A stretch of DNA of 63,966 bases, filler included, from Thraustochytrium aureum (GCA_012862495.1; 9 parts of 5 records of this genome joined end to end with filler, not necessarily neighbours in it); one strand, 5' to 3'; counted from the first letter of the whole stretch, positions 44,275 through 55,308 are shown. A program made the numbers and translations. The notes: generated from the sequence alone by a model not told the origin.

Positions 44275-44985
44275 NNNNNNNNNNNNNNNNNNNNNNNNNN
44301 NNNNNNNNNNNNNNNNNNNNNNNNNNNNNNNNNNNNNNNNNNNNNNNNNNNNNNNNNNNNNNNNNNNNNNNNNNNNNNNNNNNNNNNNNNNNNNNNNNNN
44401 NNNNNNNNNNNNNNNNNNNNNNNNNNNNNNNNNNNNNNNNNNNNNNNNNNNNNNNNNNNNNNNNNNNNNNNNNNNNNNNNNNNNNNNNNNNNNNNNNNNN
44501 NNNNNNNNNNNNNNNNNNNNNNNNNNNNNNNNNNNNNNNNNNNNNNNNNNNNNNNNNNNNNNNNNNNNNNNNNNNNNNNNNNNNNNNNNNNNNNNNNNNN
44601 NNNNNNNNNNNNNNNNNNNNNNNNNNNNNNNNNNNNNNNNNNNNNNNNNNNNNNNNNNNNNNNNNNNNNNNNNNNNNNNNNNNNNNNNNNNNNNNNNNNN
44701 NNNNNNNNNNNNNNNNNNNNNNNNNNNNNNNNNNNNNNNNNNNNNNNNNNNNNNNNNNNNNNNNNNNNNNNNNNNNNNNNNNNNNNNNNNNNNNNNNNNN
44801 NNNNNNNNNNNNNNNNNNNNNNNNNNNNNNNNNNNNNNNNNNNNNNNNGAGTCGAGCGAAGTGATGTGAGGAGAAACGCAGCATGTGAGGGCGCTCGACA
44901 GGCTTGTGAGGGCGCGTCCGGCGAATCCTCTTCGTTGTTCTCGGAACGCTTTGCGGCCACCGTCCACGTCCTCTGGCCACTTCCG

Positions 44986-45666
44986 TTAAGGGCCCCAAAC
45001 CATGTCGTACCACGGACTGTGGTGCGGATCGGTCGATGGCCACATAAACGGCCACTCCGCCCACGTCTGATGCGATGCCGACAGTTCGTAAAATATGATG
45101 TTGGTCAAAACCCTGCCCGTGGCCATGATGACGAGCAACATGCCGCCGAAGTACGAAACGATGGTAGCGATAATGAAAGCCCGTGCAGCGTCGGAATCCG
45201 GCCATTCAAACTGATCATCACAAGAGGTATCACGCCTGGATATGTTTCTTCGGATCCGTGCGATTTCCATGTTGCGCTCTCTCAATTCTGCACTAAGGAC
45301 GTATTCGCTTTCCGTGCCCTTTTTCACCTTTTCCGGCGAGGCGAATATGCATTGAATGACAAACGCCAGTGTGCCACAAATCGCCAACCATCGCAGCGTC
45401 CTGTCGTAGTTGTACACGCATACTGAAATGAAAACACCATGGAATATGAAGCAAGAAATGCGAAACAGGGAATCCCACATGAGTTTCTCCTTTGCTTCCT
45501 CGACTGCACGTCGTTGCTCTGCGATCAGTTGCAATTGCTGAGCGCGCATGGCCTTTTCACGAGCGGCCTTTTCACGAGCATCCTTCTGCTTTTGAAGGTC
45601 CGCGGCGGCAGTGAAGAAGATAGTGTTCAAGGCCGTAACCACCAGAAACGTCTCCAACAAAGGCAT
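44986..45666 (-). CDS. Orphan membrane protein
   Basis: ATG 45666; N-terminal hydrophobic segment, coiled coil, three TM segments; AT-richer codon use. Confidence 0.7.
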   Translation of the reverse strand: MPLLETFLVVTALNTIFFTAAADLQKQKDAREKAAREKAMRAQQLQLIAEQRRAVEEAKEKLMWDSLFRISCFIFHGVFISVCVYNYDRTLRWLAICGTLAFVIQCIFASPEKVKKGTESEYVLSAELRERNMEIARIRRNISRRDTSCDDQFEWPDSDAARAFIIATIVSYFGGMLLVIMATGRVLTNIIFYELSASHQTWAEWPFMWPSTDPHHSPWYDMVWGP

Positions 45667-46005
45667 GATTATGGTCTTTCCGCGCCCAAGCGCTGTCCCC
45701 CTTCCCGCACAGCCCACGTCGTACCAGGTGCTCTCACCCGACCGCTCTTGCCCGATGGACCCGATCGCACTGCCGCTGTTTCGCCCGCTCGCTGTTTAGC
45801 CCGCTCGCTCTTTCGCTCAACTTGCACACCGCTGCACGTGTTCCAGGTCTGCTTGCCGACGGACGCGAGAAAGGACTTGACACGTCGTGACTGAGTCGGT
45901 CGGACTTGGCAGTATCCCTGGCGATCCAAATACTTACCGCATAAAGATAGTGCCCATACGTTCAGCGCAGGTGTCCAGTGTGTGCGTGTTTCCCTCTTTC
46001 ACTTC

Positions 46006-46200
46006 TCAGTCGCGAGGAACCGGCACGAACTCTTCGTCACGTGGCACGAACCTGTTGTTCTCGAACATGGCCACGCGCACCACTGCAGGGTCCAGGTAGA
46101 CCTTCTCGCCAGCAGCGTCGCGGAAGAACACGCGTCGCGGGGCAGCGTCGTCGCGCACGAGCGGCTGGAGCGTGCGCACGATGCCGGCTAGGTCCGAGGG
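46006..46200 (-). CDS. C-terminal fragment of hypothetical protein
   Basis: Manual translation PSDLAGIVRTLQPLVRDDAAPRRVFFRDAAGEKVYLDPAVVRVAMFENNRFVPRDEEFVPVPRD*, strong GC3 bias; start in gap. Confidence 0.6.
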   Translation of the reverse strand, partial: PSDLAGIVRTLQPLVRDDAAPRRVFFRDAAGEKVYLDPAVVRVAMFENNRFVPRDEEFVPVPRD

Positions 46201-47016
46201 NNNNNNNNNNNNNNNNNNNNNNNNNNNNNNNNNNNNNNNNNNNNNNNNNNNNNNNNNNNNNNNNNNNNNNNNNNNNNNNNNNNNNNNNNNNNNNNNNNNN
46301 NNNNNNNNNNNNNNNNNNNNNNNNNNNNNNNNNNNNNNNNNNNNNNNNNNNNNNNNNNNNNNNNNNNNNNNNNNNNNNNNNNNNNNNNNNNNNNNNNNNN
46401 NNNNNNNNNNNNNNNNNNNNNNNNNNNNNNNNNNNNNNNNNNNNNNNNNNNNNNNNNNNNNNNNNNNNNNNNNNNNNNNNNNNNNNNNNNNNNNNNNNNN
46501 NNNNNNNNNNNNNNNNNNNNNNNNNNNNNNNNNNNNNNNNNNNNNNNNNNNNNNNNNNNNNNNNNNNNNNNNNNNNNNNNNNNNNNNNNNNNNNNNNNNN
46601 NNNNNNNNNNNNNNNNNNNNNNNNNNNNNNNNNNNNNNNNNNNNNNNNNNNNNNNNNNNNNNNNNNNNNNNNNNNNNNNNNNNNNNNNNNNNNNNNNNNN
46701 NNNNNNNNNNNNNNNNNNNNNNNNNNNNNNNNNNNNNNNNNNNNNNNNNNNNNNNNNNNNNNNNNNNNNNNNNNNNNNNNNNNNNNNNNNNNNNNNNNNN
46801 NNNNNNNNNNNNNNNNNNNNNNNNNNNNNNNNNNNNNNNNNNNNNNNNNNNNNNNNNNNNNNNNNNNNNNNNNNNNNNNNNNNNNNNNNNNNNNNNNNNN
46901 NNNNNNNNNNNNNNNNNNNNNNNNNNNNNNNNNNNNNNNNNNNNNNNNNNNNNNNNNNNNNNNNNNNNNNNNNNNNNNNNNNNNNNNNNNNNNNNNNNNN
47001 NNNNNNNNNNNNNNNN

Positions 47017-47130
47017 GCGCCCGACGACGGGCTGGACGAGGCGGGCCGAGCCAGCATCCAGGCGCTAACCGAGGTCATCCTCGCCATGATGGACGTCGGC
47101 GGGGAGGCGGGCGAGGGCGTTCGGGCGTAG
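47017..47130 (+). CDS. C-terminal fragment of hypothetical protein
   Basis: APDDGLDEAGRASIQALTEVILAMMDVGGEAGEGVRA*; start in gap. Confidence 0.5.
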   Translation, partial: APDDGLDEAGRASIQALTEVILAMMDVGGEAGEGVRA

Positions 47131-47263
47131 GATCATTGCACACGAAAACCAGCTAAATCGCTTTTTTAGTTGGGCGCAAGCCTTCATACCTCTTTGTTCA
47201 GCGAACGCGACCGGTTAGGGTGGCGAGAGCGCCAGGCATGTGGGGTGAGCTCGATAATCATAC

Positions 47264-47950
47264 TCAAACAACACTCATAGCTCTGCTCTCTATATCAGTG
47301 ATTAGTTTGTTCACCTTTTCAAGTCGACGACGTTCGATTGGATCCAGGTTGGGTACGTTATGAAATTGTCTTTGAATATCACGTAATTCATCAATGGGCC
47401 GGTCCAAAAGGTCCACGTCCGGGTTGCCGTGCAGGTCGAGCCACCTGTGCAGGCCTGCGGTAACGATACCCAGCACGAGCAAGCTTCCGACGACGATGGC
47501 AGCGATGATCGGCAAGCCCAGGCCGCCGCCGTCGGCTTTGCCCTCGCCACCTCCTCCGTTACCTGCACCGACTGCGACAGTGGCGGCCGCAGTCGTGGTC
47601 GTCGAGGAACCCGCGCCCCCAGCTTTTGGAGTGCCCGTTGGTTCCGGCGCGCCCGCGCCCTGGCTGATCAAGTAGTAGATGCCACCGGCCGCACCGCCCG
47701 CCACTAGCAGCAGCAGCAGCAGCTTCACGCGCGATGCGCCGCTGCCGCTGCTGCCGCTGTGGAGGTGTAGTCGCGCATGCGACGCACCCGTACTCGTTAG
47801 CAGCGGTTCCTGCGACGAGAGGTAACTCGAAGAGGCCGGCGCTGCGTACGCTGGACGAAAGGAACGGGTTGAACGAACGAGGCTTTTAGCCCCGCTGCGG
47901 CGCCCCGCATGGGCGGGCTTGCCAGATTTCTTATGAGAACTGGCGGCCAT
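47264..47950 (-). CDS. Orphan two-TM protein with basic N-terminus (paralog A)
   Basis: MAASSHKKSGKPAH...VKLLLLLLVAGGAAGGIYYLI...IIAAIVVGSLLVLGIV. Confidence 0.8.
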   Translation of the reverse strand: MAASSHKKSGKPAHAGRRSGAKSLVRSTRSFRPAYAAPASSSYLSSQEPLLTSTGASHARLHLHSGSSGSGASRVKLLLLLLVAGGAAGGIYYLISQGAGAPEPTGTPKAGGAGSSTTTTAAATVAVGAGNGGGGEGKADGGGLGLPIIAAIVVGSLLVLGIVTAGLHRWLDLHGNPDVDLLDRPIDELRDIQRQFHNVPNLDPIERRRLEKVNKLITDIESRAMSVV

Positions 47951-48005
47951 TTTGAGGCATCTTGGCAGAGAAAATGCAGAAAATAAGAGCATGCATACGT
48001 TAGAT

Positions 48006-48854
48006 TTAGGGTGATTGCAGATGCGGGCTATGGATCTTAAAGAGATTGTGCAAATCTTCTTCAGCCTGTTCAACCGTGTACGTTGTCTGGTGTTTCACAT
48101 GTTGCAACCACTCATCCACCTTTTTCTGATCGGGAACCTTCAGTGCATCATACCATTCGTCCGCCTCTTCCTGTGGTGTTTTCTGCGCGGGCGATGGCGA
48201 CCCCAGGGGCAACCCACCTGGAGTGTGGCCGCCAAGCGCAGAGCTGCTAAAGAAATACCTGTACAAAAAGAAGCCTACTATAGCAACAAAAGCAACAGCA
48301 CCGATCGAGCCACCGACTGCGGCGCCTACGTTGATACCAGAGTCCTTAGCACCGTCGGTAGTTGCGTTGCCCGCGCTGTTACCCTTGGCAGCCGCGGTCG
48401 TTTTGTTGTTCTTCGCAGGCTGAGTGGTTGTGTCGTCTGGTCGGTTCATCAGGTAGTAGATGATACCCGTAAGCCCACCTGCGATCAGCAGCAACATCAG
48501 CAGCTTCGTGTACGAGGTGCCCCTATGGTGAACCGTGTGTCCACCGCTTACGCCGTAGGCGCCGCCATCGCCGTACGACTGCGACGAAACGGCGCTGTTG
48601 TAGGACGGGCTGTAAGAGGCGACCGCCGCAGGGGACATGCTGGACTTGCTAGAAACGCTGGACATGCCAGCGGGATCTGCAGACACCACGGACTTTCTGC
48701 GCGACGCCTTGCCATGCGGCCTGCCGTGGCCCTTGCCACCCTTTCCGCTCTTTGACTTACCAGCATGGGTCTTGCCACCGCTGGACTTGCGGGCCTTTCC
48801 TCCCTTTGCTGTACTGTGTGCCGGCTTGTGACCGCGGGCCTTGGACGCGGCCAT
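48006..48854 (-). CDS. Orphan two-TM protein with basic N-terminus (paralog B)
   Basis: MAASKARGHKPAH...TKLLMLLLIAGGLTGIIYYLM...AVGGSIGAVAFVAIVGFFLY. Confidence 0.8.
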   Translation of the reverse strand: MAASKARGHKPAHSTAKGGKARKSSGGKTHAGKSKSGKGGKGHGRPHGKASRRKSVVSADPAGMSSVSSKSSMSPAAVASYSPSYNSAVSSQSYGDGGAYGVSGGHTVHHRGTSYTKLLMLLLIAGGLTGIIYYLMNRPDDTTTQPAKNNKTTAAAKGNSAGNATTDGAKDSGINVGAAVGGSIGAVAFVAIVGFFLYRYFFSSSALGGHTPGGLPLGSPSPAQKTPQEEADEWYDALKVPDQKKVDEWLQHVKHQTTYTVEQAEEDLHNLFKIHSPHLQSP

Positions 48855-49070
48855 CTTTCACTTGCTGATGCGAACGCTGTTTGGCAGCACCCTTACACGC
48901 TGTATGTCCTTTGACCCGCTGCGTGGAGTAACGCGAATTCTGTGTCAGGCGGTCGCTGCCACCCCGCTCACTCTCTGCCGCTGGTGCTCTCTGCACATGC
49001 CCCCACAAGAAAAAAACAGCGAGGGGCGAGCGAACGTGTACCACACGAAAGTGGGGGAGGCTTCGCAGTG

Positions 49071-49729
49071 CTACACATTTTCCGCGCCCGAGCAGTTTGG
49101 GTCGACATGACCATCCGACCCGGACGCACCAGCCGGCTGCAGCCCTAGCACGTCGCGCAGCCCACCCAGGTCCACGTCCTCGTGCTTGCTGCTGAGGATG
49201 TTGAGTCGCGCGCTGAGGTAGCGGTCGCGGATCTCCTCCACGTTCTGCATGAACCTGCGCCAGGCGCTTCGGTGGCGCTTGAACCGTGCGTACTTGCCGC
49301 CGAGGTGCAGGAAGTCGTAGCCCTCGGCCTCCAGGTGCTCGCTCGCGACCGTGTCCGCGGTGTACCGCGCCTGGACCTTGAAGACCTCGTTCAGCGCGTG
49401 CACCGCGGTCACCGCGAAGCTGGTCACGATGGCAGTGTAGTAGAAGACGAGCGAGGTGGACGAGCGTTCGCTGAACTCGCCGTCGAGCAGCAGAGCCACG
49501 GGCACGACCAGCGAGCCCAGGCTCACGACGGCCTTCGATGCCGTGTGTAGACGGGCAGAGCGGCGGCGGCGCTGCTGGAATCCCACGGTCATGGACAAGT
49601 AGCGCTGCCGGATGAGCAGCTTGCTGCGTCCGTCCAGGTCCACGGCGCGCAGCGCCTCCGTGAAGGCCTCGGCGAACGAGCGTTCCAGCACCTCGTTCGT
49701 GCCCCACTCTACCCCGTCCAGGTAGAGGC
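49071..49729 (-). CDS. SLATT/DUF4231-family two-TM protein (5' part in gap; possible ATG at 50437)
   Basis: LIRQRY...VVSLGSLVVP...SFAVTAVHALNEVFKVQARY...LEAEGYDFLHLGGKY...FMQNVEEI. Confidence 0.75.
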
Positions 49730-50461
49730 NNNNNNNNNNNNNNNNNNNNNNNNNNNNNNNNNNNNNNNNNNNNNNNNNNNNNNNNNNNNNNNNNNNNNNN
49801 NNNNNNNNNNNNNNNNNNNNNNNNNNNNNNNNNNNNNNNNNNNNNNNNNNNNNNNNNNNNNNNNNNNNNNNNNNNNNNNNNNNNNNNNNNNNNNNNNNNN
49901 NNNNNNNNNNNNNNNNNNNNNNNNNNNNNNNNNNNNNNNNNNNNNNNNNNNNNNNNNNNNNNNNNNNNNNNNNNNNNNNNNNNNNNNNNNNNNNNNNNNN
50001 NNNNNNNNNNNNNNNNNNNNNNNNNNNNNNNNNNNNNNNNNNNNNNNNNNNNNNNNNNNNNNNNNNNNNNNNNNNNNNNNNNNNNNNNNNNNNNNNNNNN
50101 NNNNNNNNNNNNNNNNNNNNNNNNNNNNNNNNNNNNNNNNNNNNNNNNNNNNNNNNNNNNNNNNNNNNNNNNNNNNNNNNNNNNNNNNNNNNNNNNNNNN
50201 NNNNNNNNNNNNNNNNNNNNNNNNNNNNNNNNNNNNNNNNNNNNNNNNNNNNNNNNNNNNNNNNNNNNNNNNNNNNNNNNNNNNNNNNNNNNNNNNNNNN
50301 NNNNNNNNNNNNNNNNNNNNNNGAGTGCGAGCCGCGCTGGTCGGTGGCGGGCCCGCTGCTGGCGTTGCTGGGTCTGTTGGTGCTCGGTGCGGTGTGGAGA
50401 GTGTGGCGCTGGCGGTCGGGGGCCTCGGCGCATGCATCTGGACACGTGGCGCACAACTACG

Positions 50462-51159
50462 CTACTCCGTGAACCGCTTCCGCACACCGCGCCTCGCTTT
50501 CCTATCGCGGCGAGACCGGCCGGCTTTTCTATGCGCACCAGGGCTGCTCTTCGCGACGGGAGCAGCGTCGGCGGCCCAACCGCGAGCAACGTAGGCCTGG
50601 TCGTGCGCCAAAAACGCCGTGGCAAAGACGAGTGGGGCCAGCACGAGCGCAGCGTCCCGCGACCATCGCTGGGGGCATGCAGCCACCGAGCCCAGCTGCA
50701 CCAGCGCCATCGTGAATAGCGCCGCCCAGACAGCAGCGAACGTGCCCGAGGATAGACCCAGGTACCACGGTGTGAGTGAGGCCAGCGGATGCGCGCCCAA
50801 ACTGGCCGCCTGGGAGCCCGTCCACAGTGCCATCGCCCCGGCGGCGACCCAGGCCCACTCGAGCCCGCGGTTGCCGTCCCCGCGACCCGCGGACTCGCGC
50901 GCGACAGCAGCGGCCGCCGCAGCCAGCAGCAGGGGCGCGTCCAGGTCCAGGAACCGGCGCAGCGGCGTCGGCACCCACGCCGCGGCAGCCCAGACGTTGG
51001 GAACGGCGGAATGCTCGTTTGACCCAGCGGTCGCTGCGCAGACCGGCAAAGCGCTGCGAGGACAGGCTCAGCCACTGGCGGCGCACCTGCAGCGGCGCGC
51101 CAGGCCCGGAGAATCACGCGCTCGAGCAGGCCGCCTTGACCACCGTTGCCGCTGTTCCC
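50462..51159 (-). CDS. Multi-pass membrane protein, weakly TspO/MBR-like (5' truncated, frame uncertain upstream)
   Basis: Four hydrophobic segments; PWYLGL...FAAVWAALFTM. Confidence 0.4.
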
Positions 51160-51259
51160 NNNNNNNNNNNNNNNNNNNNNNNNNNNNNNNNNNNNNNNNN
51201 NNNTTAATTAATTAANNNNNNNNNNNNNNNNNNNNNNNNNNNNNNNNNNNNNNNNNNNN
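51160..51259. other. Artificial scaffold spacer
   Basis: N44-TTAATTAATTAA-N44. Confidence 0.98.
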
Positions 51260-53447
51260 CGACGAGTAACACAATTGCTGGCGCCCTCGCCGCCGCGGGC
51301 GATTGCGTTGGCAACGAGGTCGGGGCCGACGTGACCGGCGGGATCGCATACTGGCTCGAGACGTTGACGCTCGACACGACCAGCGGGCCAGACAGGACGA
51401 GCGCGTACGGCTGCTCGCCCTGCAGCTGACGCGCAGCAACGACTACTTTGAGCGTGTCTCCCGCAGCAAGCTTGCTGTGGTGAACAACAATCCGCTCCAC
51501 CGTGTTGAGCTCGTCGCGGCGCTCGAAGCCATTTGGGAAAACCGTCTCCCCGCTGGGCAGGGCCAGCTCGAGGTCGAGGTTGTTGACGAGCACCCGGGAG
51601 CCAAAGTCTTCTGTCAAGGGCTCCCTGTCGTACCAGGCAAGCGTCGCCTTGAAGCTGGCAGCGGCGTCAGAGACTCTAAATGTGTATGCAACGGCTGTGT
51701 TTGGCTCGTAGAGCGTTGGCATGTCGGCCATGTCACCATGCAGAAACAGGGTCTGATCGCTGCCGCGAGGGAAAACCACCTCATTGATCTGCGTGCGGCC
51801 AAAGCCTTGGAAGTTGTCCGGTGCAGGCGACACGCGCCGAGGGCCGTACGTGCCAGAGTCGATGTCGCCATCAGAGGCAGCGATGTCTACCGCGCTGCTG
51901 ACTAGCATCGCCTTGAGCAGCGCGCCCATGGGCGTGAACGCGTCCGCCGGCGTCGCGTTGCCAGACGGGTAAAACCCTTTCCGGAGGTACTCGCGCATGA
52001 GCGCGACGTTGCCGGCCGTGACGGGGGTCGCCATCGATGTGCCGGCCATGTCCACGACGCCGCAGGCTGTGCGGCTGTCTGCGCTCGTGACGAACAACCC
52101 TGGCGCCACGACGTCTGGCCTTATACGGCCGTCTGCGGCAGGCCCGTTACTGCTGAAATACGCCACATTGTCCGGGTCAACGGCAAGCGGGATGCTGGGT
52201 GAAATCCCTTCCGCTTCCGCAGCCGACTCGTCCCCATTCGGCGTGGCGCCAACGACAATTACATTCTTCCCGTTCGCGTTGTCACCGATAGAGCCACCTT
52301 GAGCGAATCCGGCGTTGCCAGCGGCGAAAAGGACAACGCTCTCCTGGTTTTCGAACAGGAACGCGTCAATGCTTCTTGCACTTGAGCTGTACGTGTTGGT
52401 CTCGCTGCCCCAACTGTTCGTAAAGATCGCCGACTCGACGGTCTGGTGCGAGGGCTGAAACAGCGCCTCTGTTCTGTGGGGCACGTTTAGTCCGGTGGTT
52501 GGCAGACCGTCCTGGTCTCTCGCATCATAACCAATGTCCACGAAAGCGAGCTTGGCCCCGTGCGCCATGCCCTTGTTCGCGTCATCGCCGATTTCAAGTG
52601 AGCCTGCGGCAGAGCCGGCAACGTGCGTGCCGTGGTCTGCGGTCAATTCGCCGTCGACGATGAATTCGTTCGGCCGCTTGTCTGCGTACAGAAACAGATG
52701 TGCGATCTTTCGATGCGAGGAGAACTCGGCAGCGGCCCCAACCGAAATGGAGCTCAGGTTGATGTGGTTTGCCACGTCGCTAAAAAAGCAGTGTTTGGTA
52801 TCCAGCCCCGAGNNNNNNNNNNNNNNNNNNNNNNNNNNNNNNNNNNNNNNNNNNNNNNNNNNNNNNNNNNNNNNNNNNNNNNNNNNNNNNNNNNNNNNNN
52901 NNNNNNNNNNNNNNNNNNNNNNNNNNNNNNNNNNNNNNNNNNNNNNNNNNNNNNNNNNNNNNNNNNNNNNNNNNNNNNNNNNNNNNNNNNNNNNNNNNNN
53001 NNNNNNNNNNNNNNNNNNNNNNNNNNNNNNNNNNNNNNNNNNNNNNNNNNNNNNNNNNNNNNNNNNNNNNNNNNNNNNNNNNNNNNNNNNNNNNNNNNNN
53101 NNNNNNNNNNNNNNNNNNNNNNNNNNNNNNNNNNNNNNNNNNNNNNNNNNNNNNNNNNNNNNNNNNNNNNNNNNNNNNNNNNNNNNNNNNNNNNNNNNNN
53201 NNNNNNNNNNNNNNNNNNNNNNNNNNNNNNNNNNNNNNNNNNNNNNNNNNNNNNNNNNNNNNNNNNNNNNNNNNNNNNNNNNNNNNNNNNNNNNNNNNNN
53301 NNNNNNNNNNNNNNNNNNNNNNNNNNNNNNNNNNNNNNNNNNNNNNNNNNNNNNNNNGCATCGGCCCACGCCACCGCTTCGGCAGCCGCCACGGCCGTTC
53401 CGGCCAAGACGGCCGCGAACAGAACGTGGAAAACGGGCAAAAGTCAT
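51260..53447 (-). CDS. Secreted subtilisin (S8, Kp43/TagC-like) serine protease
   Basis: SGLD, HGTHVAGS, LFAAGN, GTSMATP; C-terminal ATLAWYD/NNLDL beta-domain; signal peptide near 53440 after a 1-nt shift. Confidence 0.92.
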
Positions 53448-55308
53448 TCTGGCGCGACCGAAGTTCTCGCACGCTTTAAAAGTCGTCTGCTTTCATGAAC
53501 TCGAGTACTCCAGGTGAGTACGTACCGTAGTGCGCCCCTTCGAGTTCTAGGATTGCTTGCCACCGGGGATACCACACCCGCGTTTGCTCTTGCTCGGCCG
53601 CAGCGGCAGTTCAGATTGTGGAACACCGTCGCGCTCCCTCTGCTTTCCGTTCTGCCCTTTCTCAATCAATCAAGAATGTACAAAGAGCTACCGGTAACTA
53701 ACCCCTGCAGTCACCGCAGCCAACTTGTGCCCCGCATTCTTGCGCGTGCCGAGCTCGTCGCGAATCGCATTTATTCTGCTGCTGTGAGAATAACCGCGTG
53801 CGCAGCTTTGACTGCTTCGAGCGCGACGCAAGCATGATCTTCTTCAAGACGTGTACTTGGTGGACTGGTCGCGACATCTGCAGCGAGGCGGATCTGCCTC
53901 AGGTCAGCCACATTTGGGCTTCAGGCTTCAGGGCCACGTCATGTTATCCTCTTCTTCTAAGATGGAGTGAACCGCGCCTTTCGACAACGGCAGCTTTGCC
54001 AGGGTCGAGACCATGTGCTCAAGGCGCTCCGCGGCAGTTTTCAAAAATGGACAATGACGAGCCCGAGGTCCTCGAGCTCTTCCTCTCCGACCTGCTGGCG
54101 ACAGTCTCGCCCGATCCCAGCGCGGCCCCGATGGCCTCGCCCACGCGAGTTTCGCCAAGCACCTCGTCGGCTCCGAGCCAGGCGCTCGGTAGCAACGCGA
54201 GACCCTGGCGGTTGCACAACGCCCGCCTATGAAGAGGCCGGCACGAGATGCTGCGCTGGCGTTGAACTCGGAGGCGCCTGGAGAGGCTGCTTTGACGACG
54301 GACCTGGATATCACCAGACTGCGACACAAACGCACTTCTGCAGCTTGGCTCATGTGCACCTCGTTGCCGTCGTGTGGAGGACTCTAGCCAGGTACGGTGT
54401 TCAGCTGGAGTACCCGATGAGGTTCACCGCCATTGGCACGATGTGGCACGTGCGGCTCATCCGCTTTCCGGGTAGTTACCGAAACTGTTCGCCGTGGGCC
54501 CTCGCGCTTTGTCCGCTTGTCCTTCTTGCCTCCGAACATGGACCTCGTTGACAAGCTACACAAGCCGCCGAGTTCATCTCATTTGCACGCCCGCTCTTGA
54601 TCAAAGCATCCACCGTCACCCCGGCGCTCGCGCACAGTGCGACGCGGCGTGCGTTTCTCCTGCGTGCGTGCATCGGATCCTGCAGTCGGGTTGCTGGCCG
54701 ACAAAGAGCGAACACAGCGACGTGGTTCGTGCGTTGGGGGCCAAGGAGGTAAGTCTTCAAACTCTTGGCACCGCACTGGCAAGAGCGCCCAGGAGTGGTA
54801 CAAGTTCATACAACTCGATCGTTCCAGCCAGCCTGCCGGCTTGCAAGCCCATCCCACCAATCCAACCGCGTTCCCTTCGTAAGGCCGGCTGATGAGTTGC
54901 GTCGTCTGTCCGGTCCAAGGGCGCGCATCCATCATCAAGGGCGCTGTTGCATCGCCAGTCATCCATCCCAACAGTCATGCAGCGCGTTGCCACGCACAGG
55001 GAGGTCGAGGATTACTCCCTGCCACCTGGCAATTGCAATTCTTGAAGGGTCACGCACTCCCTGCCGCTTGGCAGCTCTTGAAAGCATCGCTGCAAGGCCT
55101 TGAGAACAAGTCGACTGGTCGACTGGTTGAGCGGCTTTCGCACGAGACGACACCCTCACGCGCCCGGTTTTGGCGTCTGTTGCGACACAGCTCGCCGCCC
55201 TCCGAAGGGGCCAAGTGTCCGAAGCTGCTACCTACTCACTGCTCTGTTGAGGGAGGGCGACGCGGAGCAAGCCAGGTTGAGGGCGGCGAACTTGGCGCAG
55301 GATCGCCG

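Larger units (their letters stand above)
38516..51159. mobile_element. Giant-virus-like (Nucleocytoviricota-related) scaffold: endogenous viral element or co-assembled virus
   Basis: Dense intronless ORFs; DUF5764-like, viral-type HNH, SLATT/DUF4231, penton-like and ankyrin genes plus orphans; no eukaryotic housekeeping gene, unlike most other scaffolds. Confidence 0.65.

Noticed and set aside
48757..51117. ORFs running through N blocks treated as single long proteins
   Set aside because: Gap lengths are estimates, so frame continuity across Ns is not evidence
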